64,000 bases of DNA from Octopus bimaculoides (lineage: Eukaryota). Positions 62,290 through 64,000 of this stretch are shown here, piece by piece. A model generated the notes under the pieces. It ran no database searches, had not been told where the DNA came from, and was given only the letters and a program-made list of their open reading frames with translations. The translations under genes were made by a program, and so were the position numbers. Numbering within the stretch: position 1 is the stretch's first letter; each line of letters starts with the position of its first letter. The DNA is taken from NCBI RefSeq assembly GCF_001194135.2, contig NC_068990.1, forward strand, positions 77,832,281-77,896,280. Direction: 5' to 3'.

Positions 62290-63080
62290 AGAGTGACTGT
62301 GTGATAAGAAGCTTGCTTCCCAACCACATGGTTCCAGGTTCAGTCCCACTGCATGGCACCTTGGGCAAGTGTCTTCTATGATAGCCATGGCCAACCAAAG
62401 CCATATGAGTGGATTTGGTAGACAGAAACTGAAAGAAGTCCCTTAGCGTTATAATGGTGGCAGCTGATGAAGGATATGTTCTCTATGTGGCATGTGTGTT
62501 TTTTGTACCTTGTTTATCATTTTGTCCATGTTTTTTTTTGCAACGTCATGTATCCAGATATGCATCTATATATAAATGTAGATGAAGGTATGTACATACA
62601 NNNNNNNNNNATATATATAGTTATATATATGTATGTATGTATTTGTGTGTTTATGTTTGTCCCCCCTGCCATCGCTTGACAACCAATGTTGGTGTGTTTA
62701 CATCCCCGTAACTATAGTGGTTCGGCAAAAGAAATTGATAGAATAGGTCCTGGGATCGATTTGTTTGACAAAAGGCAGTGCTCCAGCATGGCTGCAGTCA
62801 AATGACTTAAACAAATAAATGAATAAAAGAATATGTATATGTGTGTGTGAATGTGTGTGCATGTGTATGTGTGTGCGCACGCGTGTGTGTGTGTGTTTTA
62901 CCACCTCCCCACTGCTTGACAACCAATGCTGGTTTGTATAATTCCCCATAACTTGATAGTTTGGCAAAAGTAACTGGTGGAATATGTACCAGACTTAGAA
63001 AACAAGTACTAGGGTTAACATACCCCTTCAAAGTGGTGCCCCAGCATGGTCACAGTCCAATGACTGGAACAAGTTGAAAG
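62290..63080 (+). mobile_element. SINE family A (5' half about 62290-62445, 3' half about 62650-62830) plus a second 3' half (about 62900-63080)
   Basis: Family A head and two GCTTGACAACC..CCAGCATGG tails; another repeat and a small gap lie in the middle. Confidence 0.8.
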
Positions 63081-64000
63081 AAGGTAATAAATGAAGGTAA
63101 ATAGAAGAAGAAAGAGAGGAAGAAATGAGGAAGAAAAGATAAAAAGATGCCTTAAGTTAACATGTTTGTCCATTGGTGATCAATGAAGACAATTATTTTG
63201 ATTATATAGCACCTCAACAGGGTTATGACCATTCAGGGGACCAGAGAATCACAACTGATCCTGTTGATACTCCAATTTCTATATGCTTGAAGCTACAGGC
63301 ATATATACCACAAAGGTGCAATGCTCTGTCCCCCCATTGCAATGAAAGATCTGCTGTTTGTGGCTCCTAGAAATTTCTACCATCAGTAAACAATGATGGC
63401 CATGAACCATAATTGACTATGCAGCACTTCAGCAAGAAATCTAGTCACATGGAGCAGCAAAAAACCACAACTAACCCCATCTATACTACACCTTTCATGC
63501 ATCGAGAAAGAAGCAGTATTTTGTTGTAGTTGCGCAGAATACCCAAACCGCCACAACAAAGCTATTTGACCTCTTAGTTGGAGAGGGGTTTTTCAAATAT
63601 ATGTCATGTAGTCTTATTTGCAAGACACAGATGCCAGACTAACAGAAGTCTATGGTGGGGTTGGGGTTGGCGAGGGGGAGTTCTTTTTCTCTTTCTTTTT
63701 TTCTTTTTTCTTTTTTTTTTTTTTGCATGCACATCAAAACCACAAAACTCTTCTCACATAATGTGCCCAGTGGCTAGATAAAATCAAGACAAGTGAGTTA
63801 TATGAAAATGAAAGAGATTGCCAAAGTGGCTGAAGGGATCTGGAGATCCCTAAAGCCACTCTGGCAATCTCACTTGGTGTGTGTCCAGGCCATAAAACAT
63901 CATTCCAAATGTTTGCCCTGCTTTATGGCTGTTGGCTAGAAGCCACCAGTACCAGTTGCCCCGCTTTGGCCTGTTGCCAATCCTTAAAGCTGTTGCAGTG

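Larger units (their letters stand above)
718..62610. other. 24 assembly gaps (about 10.5 kb of N) and abundant microsatellites
   Basis: N-runs such as 718-1696, 2604-3509, 11759-12504, 24138-24834 and 41727-42492, mostly flanked by (AT)n, (CA)n or (GATA)n. Other simple repeats include (GATA)n at about 47005-47175, (CT)n at about 21350-21445 and GAT/GGT tracts at 29040-29340 and 35690-35945. Confidence 0.98.

Noticed and set aside
1-64000. CRISPR arrays, rRNA, operons or other prokaryotic systems
   Set aside because: There are no repeat-spacer arrays, rRNA motifs or gene-dense coding sequence; the window is repeat-rich eukaryotic DNA.

Overview
This is AT-rich eukaryotic (metazoan) genomic DNA from a fragmented assembly: 24 N-gaps totalling about 10.5 kb, most abutting (AT)n, (CA)n or (GATA)n microsatellites. 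The repeats resemble the tRNA-derived SINEs of Octopus (from memory of the OK/OR families), so an octopus intronic or intergenic region is inferred, not proven. I found no protein-coding host gene that I can support; most long ORFs in the supplied track are N-run or microsatellite artefacts. Explained content includes: many copies of four tRNA-headed SINE families; decayed non-LTR retrotransposon fragments (RTE/Rex3-like, RTE, R4/Dong-like in (TAA)n, HERO-like); Tc1/mariner remnants (maT DD37D and rosa-like); several hAT MITEs with 8-bp TSDs; and one piggyBac-like MITE. The most interesting signal is absent from the ORF track: minimal type I hammerhead ribozyme motifs from four unrelated repeat families. 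Three have complete catalytic cores (2382-2442 +, 5433-5491 -, 30577-30624 -). The others are point-mutated or deleted relatives (58772-58834, 59548-59634, 1893-1984), one with a compensatory base-pair change. Their context (inverted repeats, a roughly 350-bp tandem unit, near-palindromic stem III) is typical of Penelope-like elements or retrozymes. Hammerheads in such elements are known in animals; whether these families are described or active is untested.
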